A stretch of DNA of 64,000 bases. It comes from Eledone cirrhosa. Taxonomy: Eukaryota. The notes beneath the pieces are model-generated. The model was not told the DNA's origin. It searched no databases and saw only the letters and a program-made list of their open reading frames with translations. Where the stretch lies: assembly GCA_964016885.1 (NCBI GenBank), contig OZ024749.1, positions 11,842,001 to 11,906,000 of the forward strand, given 5' to 3'. Position numbers and translations under genes: made by a program. Of this stretch, positions 12,860 through 25,849 are shown one piece after another (position 1 is the first letter of the stretch; each line of letters begins with the position of its first letter).

Positions 12860-13120
12860 TTACCACAGAGAAAGAGTCTTGCTGCTCTCTGGACTGTAAG
12901 CTTCAAGAAGATGAAAGTATTCCACTAGCCTGCACCCCAGGAAGAGTACCACCCTCCCTATATCAACATTGGCGAGACTGAACTGTATACCAGGGACGTT
13001 ATTTCACCTACCTGGGGTGCACCATCATATCGGATGCCAAGATCGACAGGTAAATCAAGCAACAGACTGGGCAAAGGTGAGCAGTGATTTTGGTAGGATG
13101 TACTAACGTGTGGAAGATTA
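12860..13120 (+). mobile_element. Short RTE/BovB-like RT fragment
   Basis: ttcacctacctggggtgcaccatc = FTYLGCTI, followed by DAKID. Confidence 0.55.
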
Positions 13121-13635
13121 AATACGAAGCTGAACTCCCAAATACGCTGGGCAGGTCACGTCTCTAGGATGAAGGATCATCGCCTGCCCAGGATCACTCT
13201 CAAATCTCTGTAGGAGTTCGTCACAGGAAGACCAAATTTCAAGAACTTTTGTAGGAGTGAGGGAGAAAGGTTCGCAACGTATGGCGATAATGAGCAGTAA
13301 TTTGGCCACCAATGCTGACACACCAGCGAGAGGGTGTTACGGTTGAGGGTCAAAATTCCCAATGAACGTAGGACACGGCCAGTTGACATCAACACCTCCT
13401 GGTCAATGCTATGTCCATCGAAGGTGAATGAATGTGAGGCACCTGAGGACATATATATATATATCATCGTTTAACGTCTATCTTCCACGCTTGCATGGAT
13501 TAGACGGGTTTGTCCAATTAGAGGCAAGTTGAGTGACCGTGTCTCGCTTATATATATATATATATATATATATTGTTATACTTTGGGAGGGTCATGTTGC
13601 CAATAAGAAACGATATATATATATAAATTCAGAAA

Positions 13636-13691
<56 letters not shown>

Positions 13692-15317
13692 AGGTGAGTT
13701 TTATTGTAGTACAATAAAGCAATGCAGATATCGGATAAGAAGCACTCTACAGTTTGTAGGACTGGAGTATACATAATATATAAGATCAAAAAGATGGTTA
13801 AAAGAGTTCCATGCATTGACATGCGCATAATAAAATACATGGAACTCTTTTAACCATCTTTTGATCTTATATATTATATATATATATATAAGCAGGATCG
13901 CAGTCAATTGCAGCATATATATAAACTTTATTGGTATATTGCAATCGTATCGATCATCTCATGGTACAATCATAATGACCGGGGCCCGGCACTGTCTCAA
14001 TATCTCATTAAATATGCGAGTTTATATGAGCAAAAGCACACACCGCCTGTAACTTTAATTACGGACTTACCTAACATATATGTGTGTAGGGGTGGGGATT
14101 GAATAACTGCACTGTGGACCCTATCGTTAAAACACCCGAGAAAACCTCATGAGACACACACCCCTAGATGCTGCTGCAGAATACAAAATGAATTTACAAC
14201 AGTTTCAGAAAATATTTAGCACGGTTGAAGAATTGAATCAACAATTTAAGGTCTTTCGTCTCTATCTTGAAAGAAGCATTTAAATACACCGAAATATTAA
14301 CTAAAACTAGGAGGAGTTTTAAAGAAATTATCTGTGAATAAAAAAGAAACACGTTGAATTTTATTAAATCCCTACATTTTATTGTTTATTTTCAACACTT
14401 GGTCTGTGTATTTCATTAGGAATACGGTAAGAAGAGACTTCACCTGGATAGGACGATAGTCGATTGCAAGGTTAAAGTTCTCGCCTCTAAAACCACCTAT
14501 TGTTAGGAATTCTCACCATTGTCCTGTCAAAAGACAACTACGATAAACGTATATACCACTTGACCTGTGACCCCAGGAAGAAATAGGAACTACTATGGGT
14601 CTGTAGAAAGTAAATGTTTCCCATCGTTATTCTCTCCAGGGCTGCTGCTTCGTTCTCTGTTTGTCCAAGCCATTGTATTTATAACCCTAAAGCTAGAGGT
14701 ATGTGTAAATAGCTCGCTTTAGGAGTAGCCATGTGTTTCATCTATCAAGTACCTGGGGTGACAGGTCAAACGTTTATCATAGTTGTCTTTTGACAGGACA
14801 ATGGTGAGAATTCCTAACTAAAGGTGGTTTTACAGGCCACAACTTTTAGATTCGGTTTCGATTCTTCGACAGGTAAAACATAGTCGAATTCTGTTACAAA
14901 TTAATTAATAAAAAATGTTAAATGTTGTTATATTGGCAATGTAATGAAACAGGTGTGTATCTCATTAATAGGTTAACAACTAGGCAGGTGTAAATAGTAG
15001 ATGATAGGAGACTAAGAGGGAGAGGTTTACAAAAATATCTCAACATAGTATAAAAATCTAAGTTACCTTTCGGAAAGCTGCTCTTGTCCATTGTTAAACC
15101 ATTCAACAAGAGTTTCGGGAAAGATTGTAAAATTCTACAAACTGACGGCCATTTTTTTTCTTCTTGTTTTGGCTGGAGTTGAATGCGCAAGCGCTAGATT
15201 TAGAAACCCAGTGCGCATGTTCCAAGTATCCTGGCCATGCTACAGCACCTTCTAAGTATCCTGGCCATGCTACAGCACATTCTAAGTATCCCTGGCCATA
15301 CTACACCACCATCTAAG

Positions 15318-15378
<61 letters not shown>

Positions 15379-15385
<7 letters not shown>

Positions 15386-15943
15386 AGGTTAATTATAACG
15401 TTCGCGAAAGTGAAAGTCAATTTTCTGACAAGTGAATGTGTTTGTTTTGTTTTTTTACATTGAAAGTTACGATACAGTTTGTTTATTTACAACAGATCTC
15501 TATAGTGATATGGTGTTAATTAGTATTGCGTGTGTGACCCTTCCTAATAAAGGCATGAATATCACACCATCTCGTTTTCTCCTCTCAGTGTGTTTTCAAA
15601 TACAAGTAAAATCACTTTACACGTGTTGAACGTCTTCTATTCCCATCTCCTCTCCCAACAAGAAGAAGAAACATCACAGGGTATGTGATCAAGCGGTAAG
15701 CTCACAGAAAGATTACTACCTGCGACCGTTATTTAATTTCCTAGTTGGAAGAGTTTCGCTTCACTTACATCATTGCCGTTCTTGGAACGTGCACTAACTA
15801 ATGGCATGTATTCATATCAACCACTTCTCTTGTAAAATAATCAAATGTTCTCAAGAACCGCGGATAGTGAGGTGACATGCAATAATATACATTTCTGCAC
15901 CAGATTAAAAAAGTAATTTTTAAAATGCTTACACACACACGCA

Positions 15944-15983
<40 letters not shown>

Positions 15984-16137
15984 CACACGCAATACTAATT
16001 AACACCATATCACTATAGAGACCTGTTGTAAATAAACAAACTGTATCTTAACTTTCAATGTAAAAAAAAAAAACAGACACATTCACTTGTCAGAAAATTG
16101 ACTTTCACTTTCGCGAACGTTATAATTAACCTATGCC

Positions 16138-16140
<3 letters not shown>
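15379..16140. repeat. Fold-back element with ~160-bp inverted arms (15379-15537 and 15981-16140) in TA tracts
   Basis: Arms are close reverse complements. Confidence 0.85.
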
Positions 16141-16168
<28 letters not shown>

Positions 16169-16397
16169 CATATATATATATGTATATATATATACACGTA
16201 TACATATATATCTGTATGTATATATATATCTGTAAATATATATATACATAAATATATATATACACATATATATATCTGTATATATATATATATACATACA
16301 CATATATATATCTGTATATATATATACATACATATATATATATACAGATACATATATACAGATATATATTTGTATATATATATGTATATGTATACAG

Positions 16398-16429
<32 letters not shown>

Positions 16430-17216
16430 ATATATATATATATGTAAATATATATATATTATTATAAATATGTGTATATATATATATGTATGTATATATA
16501 TGTGTATATATATATGTATCTGTATATATATATATACATACATATATATATATACACATATATATATATATCTGTATATATATATACATATATATACAAA
16601 TATATATATATATATATGTATTTGTTTATATATATATATATGTATATATATATACAGATATATATGTGTATATAAATATATATATATATACACATATTTA
16701 TATCTGTATATATATATATATACTTACATATATATATATACACGTATATATACACATATATATATATACATATATATCTGTATGTATATATATATATATA
16801 TACATACATATATATCTGTATGTATATATATATATATATACATACATATATATCTGTATGTATATATATATATATATACATACATATATATCTGTATATA
16901 TATATATATATATATATACATATATATCTGTATATATATATATATATATATATACATATATATCTGTATATATATATATATATATATATACATACATATA
17001 TATCTGTATATATATATATATATATATACATACATATATATCTGTATATATATATATATATATATACATACATATATATCTGTATATATATATATATATA
17101 CATACATATATATCTGTATATATATATATATATATACATACATATATATCTGTATATATATATATATATATATATACATACATATATATCTGTATATATA
17201 TATATATATATATCTG

Positions 17217-17302
<86 letters not shown>

Positions 17303-17307
17303 CATAC

Positions 17308-17340
<33 letters not shown>

Positions 17341-18380
17341 CATATATATCTGTATATATATATATATATATACATATATATCTGTATATATATATATATA
17401 CATATATATCTGTATATATATATACATACATATATATCTGTATATATATATATACATACATATATATCTGTATATATATATATACATACATATATATCTG
17501 TATATATATATATACATACATATATATCTGTATATATATATATACATACATATATATCTGTATATATATATATACATACATATATATCTGTATATATATA
17601 TATACATACATATATATCTGTATATATATATATACATACATATCTGTATATATATATATACATACATATCTGTATATATATATATATATACATACATATA
17701 TATATATATATACATACATATATATATATATATATACATACATATATATATATATACATACATATATATATATATACATACATATATATATATACATACA
17801 TATATATATATACATACATATATATATATACATACATATATATATATACATACATACATATACATACATACATACATATACATACATACATATATATACA
17901 TACATACATATATATACATACATACATATATATACATACATACATATATATATATACATACATATATATATATACATACATACATATATATACATACATA
18001 CATATATATATACATACATATATATATATATATATATACATACATATATATATATACATACATATATATATATATACATACATATATATATATATACATA
18101 TATATATACATACATATATATATATATATACATACATATATATATATACATATATACATACATATATATATATATACATACATATATATATATATACATA
18201 CATATATATATATACATACATATATATATATACATACATATATATATATACAAAGTTATGGAAAATATATATACATACATATATATATATATACATACAT
18301 ATATATATATATATACATACATATATATATATATATACATACATATATATATATATATATACATACATATATATATATAC
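16138..18380. repeat. Compound (TA)n/(TACA)n/TCTG microsatellite, ~2.2 kb
   Basis: Direct inspection; similar tracts at 24020-25185, 25430-25848, 31085-31675, 32778-33390 and 33885-34345. Confidence 0.97.
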
Positions 18381-21300
18381 AAAATATGGAAAAAAACATT
18401 CGAGCTATCACCCAGCACCACCCTCCACTATCACCCCACTGCACAAACTCCCATTGCTGCCATTAACAAACAAACAAATTAACAACACACCAAAACAATT
18501 AAAACCATCCACTCTCGCCTCTACATTTTTGCTTAACGCCCAAGGCATCAGCCCTTCCACCAATACTCAAAAATGGAAGATCAAATTCCTGGAGGACTGG
18601 ATTGATGTCCATCCAAACCACATCCCTTTCTTCGTCCTCACTGAAACCCATCTCAGTAACCTCCACTTGGAAGCCGAGGTGAAAGTGAAAAATTTCAAAG
18701 CCATCCGTGCTGATCGCGCTGGCAGAAGAAAGGGCGGAACTGCCATTTATGTCCATAATTCTTTCTCAACAGAGGCTATGAACATATTCACTAATGGATA
18801 CTGTGAAGCAGTCACTGTATTCAGTCAAACCAACAACCTATTAGTAGTTGGGCTCTATAGGCCACCCCAAACGCCTGTACCATGCTTCAAGGAATGCCTC
18901 AACAGCATAAAGTGTTTCATCCAAGAGTGTCACCCTGACAACATCTTAATGATGGGGGACTTCAACCTCCCCGGAGTTGACTGGTCCACAAACAGCCTGC
19001 CACCAGGTTCTTCTGCCTCAACCTCTGACAGGGAAGCTGTGGAATCGCTTCTTGACTTCATGGATGATTTCTTGCTATCCCAACTGGTGCTCGAACCAAC
19101 GAGGTGCCACAAAAACGTCCTAGACTTAATTTTCAGCAATCACACTGACAATATCCACAATATTGCAGTGGAGAAAACTCTACTCTCTGATCATGACATG
19201 GTTCTCTGTGATCTGAGATTCCACCGTCCAATATACAAACCCAATGTCATCTCTCCTGTCCATCCGTTTGACACTATGGATTTCCACAATGCAAACTGGG
19301 AAGCGATCAGTCATGATCTTGCACATGTCGACTGGTCCTTCACGCACACTCATACACCCACTAACATCAAAAAGTCCTGGCAGACATTTGTGGACACTGT
19401 TACAAACATATGTGCTAAACACACCCCATTAAGAACTATAAACAAATCTAAGAGCAGAATCCCTAGAAATAGAAAAACGCTCATCAGAAAAATTAAGAGA
19501 ACGAACAAAAAAATCAACAAGCTGAAATACTGTCAGCAGCAACACATCAACTTGACTGCCATTTCATCACTAGAGATTAAAAAACATAACCTCCAAAACA
19601 ACATAATGTCCCTCATCAACAATCAGAGAAGAGCTGAAGAGGCCTGGGCCATTGAGAAGATCAAACTCAATCCCAAAGTGTTCTTTTCATTTGCAAAAAA
19701 ACACAAAATCACTGGCTCTACTGTTGGCCCTCTAATTGATGAAAATGGCACTCTTCAAGACAATGCTAAAACCATGGGTGAGATACTGCAGAAACAATAC
19801 TGCTCTGTTTTCAGCAATCCTGATATGACCGATCTGGGCTGTATCGGCGATGTTACTCCCCATTACACCTTATCGGACATAACGTTTGGCGCCCCTGATG
19901 TCCTGGCGGCAATAAAGGAAATCAAGCATAATTCAGCAGTAGGTCCCGATAGGTTCCCTGCTTGTGTCTTGAAGGCGTGTCAACACCAACTTGCATCTCC
20001 TCTTGCCAATCTGTGGCGGAACTCACTGGATGCTGGATATGTGCCAGAAAACCTTCTATCCCAGTCTGTTGTCCCAGTTTTCAAAAAGGGAAACAAATCC
20101 CTTGCCGTGAATTACCGTCCAATCTCACTCACCTCTCATATCATTAAGGTATTTGAGCGAGTGGTGAGATCGCGAATGACCCACTTCCTTGAGAGTAACA
20201 ATATGCTGAACTCCAACCAGCATGGATTCCGTAATGGAAGGGATTGCCTGACGCAGCTACTGCATCACTTTGATGACATTTTGAGAGCCTTGGGAGAGGG
20301 TTCTAACACTGATGTTATCTACCTTGATTTCAGCAAGGCCTTTGACAGGGTTGATCATAACATTCTACTGAGAAAGCTGTCCAATATTGGTGTCACTGGA
20401 AAGCTGCTGCAGTGGATCAAGAGCTTCCTGTCAAACAGAACCCAACATGTTGTAGTTGAGGGAGTCAAATCAAGCCCAGCCAAAGTCAGTAGTGGGGTCC
20501 CACAAGGCACTGTGTTGGGCCCACTTCTCTTCATCATCTATATTAATGACATCACTGACATCATCAAACACAGCAACATTAAAATTTTCGCTGATGATTC
20601 CAAGCTCCAAAAGGTCATCAATGGCGTGGATGACCGGATAAGCCTTCAGTCAGACCTACTGGCTGTTACCCAATGGGCAGAAAAGAACAACATGTTACTG
20701 AACGAAGACAAATTTGAACTGATCCACTTTGGAAAAGAGGATGCTCTGAAACTCCCGTACTCCCTTCCCTCCGGGGAAACTCTCGTGGCATCTAACAACA
20801 TCAGAGACTTGGGAGTAACCGTGGACAGCAATATAAGCTGGACCACGCATATAAGCAGCAAAGTTGACATGGCCCGCAGAATGTGTTCCTGGATCCTCAG
20901 AACCTGCCAGTCGAGAGATTCCCGCACCATTATCCTTCTCTTCTCTACTTTCGCCCGACCACACCTTGAATACTGTTGTCCACTGTGGTCTCCCCACACG
21001 AAACAAAGTATCATGAAACTTGAAGCTCCTCAAAGGGCAATCACGAAAAAGATAGATGGCATGTCAGACCTTGACTACTGGGGTCGATTAGAAAACCTGA
21101 AACTTTACTCACTCCAACGTCGCCGTGAGCGTTATATTATCTGCATGATGTGGAAAATGTTCCATCATCACTGCCCAAATGATGTTGGCATCGCCTTCAA
21201 GATACACCCAAGGCTTGGGCCCCGTGCTATCCGTCCCATTCAAAAATCTAAATCGCAACTCATAACAACAATACGGCACAATTATTTCACCTCAATCGGC

Positions 21301-21474
21301 CCTGCTCTCTTCAACATCACACCAGGACACGTCAAAACAGAAACTGACCACACAAAATTCAAGAAGTCTTTGGACAAATTCCTCCAAGTAATCCCGGACA
21401 AACCACCCACACCCGGATATGTCTCCGCAAACAGTAATTCTCTTCTCGAATGGGCCATGGTGCCCAAATCCTGA
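18378..21474 (+). CDS. LINE ORF2: AP endonuclease plus reverse transcriptase, intact, ~1030 aa
   Basis: LLNAQG, LTETHL, LYRPP, MGDFN, LDL, SDH; [44 protein letters not shown]; no stops. Confidence 0.93.
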
Positions 21475-21562
21475 ATTGAAAGACTTCGCCAGGTGGTGCT
21501 ATTAAGTTAGACATGGCCTGGGCCAATACTGGCCAAAACATTTCAAAGTTATTCAAAGTTAT
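18378..21562 (+). mobile_element. CR1-group LINE, 5'-truncated (ORF2 plus 3' UTR with TTCAAAGTTA tail)
   Basis: APE+RT ORF, short structured 3' UTR, tandem ttcaaagtta tail; TA microsatellite on both sides. Confidence 0.92.
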
Positions 21563-21597
21563 ACATATATATATATACATACATAGGAACCAGTAAG

Positions 21598-21691
21598 ACC
21601 CCGACAGCTGAGCTCAAGCCGTTTCGACGGCTAATTCTGGACTAAATGAAAATTTATCCTGGTATTTAAATAGCCGATCTTCTCAAGGGGT
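21598..21691 (-). ncRNA. Inverted copy of the U3:A8 hammerhead
   Basis: Reverse complement of 23834-23927. Confidence 0.8.
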
Positions 21692-22792
21692 AATTCCATA
21701 TATGGTCAAAGTGATTGTCAAAAATCAGTAGTAATTCTGTGCTTGCAAATTAGTAGGGGAGATGGTGGCTAAACCTGCCAGTAGGAGAAAGAGGGGAGGG
21801 GGTGGAGTAGACCCAATCAAGCGTTGGTAGTGCCAGCTACAGCTGGGCATGAGGTCAAAGAAGATACAGGGGAGGGGGAGGAAGTCGGAACGGTAGGTAG
21901 AACAATGGGGGGTAGAAATAGGAAAGAAAAAATACTGAGAGTGAAGAAAAGCAAATAAGTGTAAAGAAAAAAGTAAAGTAAATTAAATTCAACGACCTAG
22001 GTGTCAGGCTATTGTTAGGCTAGAATAAATAAAGAAAGAAAGAAAGAAGTAAATAAATAAATAAATAAATAAATAAGGAAATAAGTAAGAGAACTAGGTG
22101 GGGCGGATAAGGCAAGGACCCTTTTAAGAGGTATAAGTACGTAAATGATACGGTGACGGGTCAACAAAAGGGGCCAAAATACTAAAGAGACTACCACGAA
22201 ATAAACAATAAAGGTTTCCATCCCGGGCCAGCAACGACCCAGTGCAGCAAAGTGAACTTGTACGAGATAATAATTCTGAGTCCCGAGAAAAATATATACT
22301 AATGCTAACTCTAAAAGATCTAAAACAAGCTACATGAAAGTTCGTACGAAATAAAGGTAGAATACGGAGAAATAAATTCAGAATCCACCCCGCCCAGAAG
22401 AAAAGCGAAGCAAGAAATACTGAAACGAAAAAATAAGGCATAAGTGCCACTAAGAAATATAGAGGGCACAGAGAATAGTGGGAGCGGTCGGAAAAAGGGG
22501 GAAAGTATCCGGGGTCTAAGCCAACTGCTATAAAGGGCGGAGTCCGCCAAATCTATCAAAGACTAGGGGAGGGGGGGGGGGGGGTACTAAGGCTACATGG
22601 GGCCAAAGGGCAGCCTCGGGTGGGCGAGAAAAGACGCCGACAAAGGAGAAGAGCTGGGGTAGAAGGACTAAGGAGAGAGGGGGGAAGGAAATAAAGGAAG
22701 CGATAAAAGAATACAAAGAAGATCTTACGTCTTCCTTGGCAAGCAGGGGTTACCCATTGCAAAATCGGCAACTGGGGTGTTATAGCCCTAGT

Positions 22793-23086
22793 CTACCCCC
22801 CCGGGTCATTATGGGGTTTGAGGGCGAGGTAAGTCCTACGCAATCTATGTTTACATGCAGTAACCAGTTCATCTTTCTTGTTTAGGAGTTGGTCCGTCGA
22901 AAACAGCATTTGTAAAGTTTCCTCCGAGCATAAATTGCACGGACGGCGTCCTCCCGTGTAAGAATTGGCTCTGGACAGTAATCTCCAAGTGAGATCATAG
23001 GTGATGTTGTTGTCCTTGAGGTCCCATATGTGGCCCGAAAGTGTAGTGGCGTGACGCCGGGCCGGGTTTCGGAAGGTATGTCTATG
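22793..23086 (-). pseudogene. C-terminal 97 aa of a PLE GIY-YIG endonuclease
   Basis: Manual translation: HRHTFRNPARRHATTLSGHIWDLKDNNITYDLTW...CNLCSEE...LLNKKDELVTACKH...*; absent from the ORF track. Confidence 0.85.
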
Positions 23087-23437
23087 CTTTTCGGAAGGTA
23101 TGTCTATGCTTTTCTTCTGGGCGGGGTGGATTCTGAATTTATTTCTCCGTATTCTACCTTTATTTCGTACGAACTTTCATGTAGCTTGTTTTAGATCTTT
23201 TAGAGTTAGCATTAGTATATATTTTTCTCGGGACTCAGAATTATTATCTCGTACAAGTTCACTTTGCTGCACTGGGTCGTTGCTGGCCCGGGATGGAAAC
23301 CTTTATTGTTTATTTCGTGGTAGTCTCTTTAGTATTTTGGCCCCTTTTGTTGACCCGTCACCGTATCATTTACGTACTTATACCTCTTAAAAGGGTCCTT
23401 GCCTTATCCGCCCCACCTAGTTCTCTTACTTATTTCC

Positions 23438-23468
<31 letters not shown>

Positions 23469-23833
23469 CTTCTTTCTTTCTTTCTTTATTTTATTCTCGC
23501 CTAACAATAGCCTGACACCTAGGTCGTTGAATTTAATTTACTTTACTTTTTTCTTTACACTTATTTGCTTTTCTTCACTCTCAGTATTTTTTCTTTCCTA
23601 TTTCTACCCCCCATTGTTCTACCTACCGTTCCGACTTCCTCCCCCTCCCCCTCCCCTGTATCTTCTTTGACCTCATGCCCAGCTGTAGCTGGCACTACCA
23701 ACGCTTGATTGGGTCTACTCCACCCCCTCCCCTCTTTCTCCTACTGGCAGGTTTAGCCACCATCTCCCCTACTAATTTGCAAGCACAGAATTACTACTGA
23801 TTTTTGACAATCACTTCGACCATATATGGAATT

Positions 23834-23927
23834 ACCCCTTGAGAAGATCGGCTATTTAAATACCAGGATAAATTTTCATTTAGTCCAGAATTAGCCGTCG
23901 AAACGGCTTGAGCTCAGCTGTCGGGGT
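23834..23927 (+). ncRNA. Type I hammerhead ribozyme, U3:A8 variant core
   Basis: ACCCC-TTGAGAA-(CGGCTA...TAGCCG)-GAAA-CGGC...GCT-GTC-GGGGT; all three stems pair. Confidence 0.8.
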
Positions 23928-24298
23928 CTTACTGGTTCCTATTACCCACTCTACTACCTCAAGTATTGAGTACTTTGGTGCGTTATGGTCCATCTGGTTC
24001 CTTACCACATTTCCTTCGTTATATACATACATATATATATATACATACATATATATATATACATATATATATACATACATATATATATATATATACATAC
24101 ATACATATATATATACATACATACATACATATATATATATATATACATACATACATATATATATACATACATATATATATATACATACATATATATATAT
24201 ATACATACATATATATATATATACATACATATATATATATACATACATATATATATATATATACATACATATATATATATATACATACATATATATAT

Positions 24299-24329
<31 letters not shown>

Positions 24330-24439
24330 CATACATATATATATACATACATATATATATACATACATATATATATACATACATATATATATACATACAT
24401 ATATATATACATACATATATATATACATACATACATATA

Positions 24440-24563
<124 letters not shown>

Positions 24564-24603
24564 CATATATATACATACATACATATATATATATACATAC
24601 ATA

Positions 24604-24661
<58 letters not shown>

Positions 24662-24719
24662 CTTGTACATACATATATACATACATATATATATATACAT
24701 ACATATATATATATACATA

Positions 24720-24760
<41 letters not shown>

Positions 24761-24776
24761 ACATACATATATATAC

Positions 24777-24857
<81 letters not shown>

Positions 24858-24943
24858 CATACATATATATATACATACATATATATATACATACATATAT
24901 ATATATCTGTATATATATATATATATATACATACATATATATA

Positions 24944-24979
<36 letters not shown>

Positions 24980-25037
24980 CATATATATATATATATCTGT
25001 ATATATATATATATATATATACATACATATATATATA

Positions 25038-25073
<36 letters not shown>

Positions 25074-25150
25074 CATATATATATATATATCTGTATATAT
25101 ATATATATATATATACATACATATATATATGTATTAAAATTAAAATAAAA

Positions 25151-25190
<40 letters not shown>

Positions 25191-25586
25191 AATATTTTAA
25201 TTTTAACTTTAATTTTGTCCTTTGATATGACTGTAATCTTTGTATGTAAATTGCTCTGCTGTATTATTATAATGGATGTCAACCCACTGTGGGTCAATAT
25301 CTACATATGTTTCTATATGTCTCTTGTGTTGAAAAGGAGGTCAAGTATGTAAAAAATCACTGAATAATGGCTCCGAAGACTCCAATTGTAAGCAAATAAA
25401 TGATTTAAACAGAACTTTGATTCATGTAATTTCTATATGTATATATATATATATGTCTATATACATGTATATAGATATATCTATATACATATATATATAT
25501 ATATCTATATACATATATATATATATGTATATATATATATGTATATAGATATATACATATATATATATATATATATATCTATATAC

Positions 25587-25634
<48 letters not shown>

Positions 25635-25640
25635 ATATAC

Positions 25641-25685
<45 letters not shown>

Positions 25686-25748
25686 GATATATACATATAT
25701 ATATATATATATATATCTATATACATATATATATATGTATATATATAG

Positions 25749-25797
<49 letters not shown>

Positions 25798-25805
25798 GAT
25801 ATATC

Positions 25806-25848
<43 letters not shown>

Positions 25849-25849
<1 letters not shown>

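Larger units (their letters stand above)
21583..24020 (-). mobile_element. Truncated PLE with inverted pseudo-LTR (arms 21583-22406 and 23108-23942)
   Basis: ~830-bp nearly identical inverted arms enclosing a GIY-YIG C-terminal fragment and 3' UTR; a hammerhead in each arm. Confidence 0.9.

Noticed and set aside
16486-18377. N-terminal ~630 aa of the 1662-aa ORF and all other YIYI/ICIY-rich ORFs
   Set aside because: Translations of TA/TACA microsatellites that lack stop codons; only 18378-21474 is real coding sequence
21505-21545. Hairpin plus GAAAC-like sequence in the CR1 3' UTR as a hammerhead
   Set aside because: No CUGANGA-type strand and no stem I or III
22015-23670. Duplicated ORFs such as METFIVYF and FFWAGWIL
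   Set aside because: Chance ORFs in the PLE 3' UTR, duplicated by the inverted repeat
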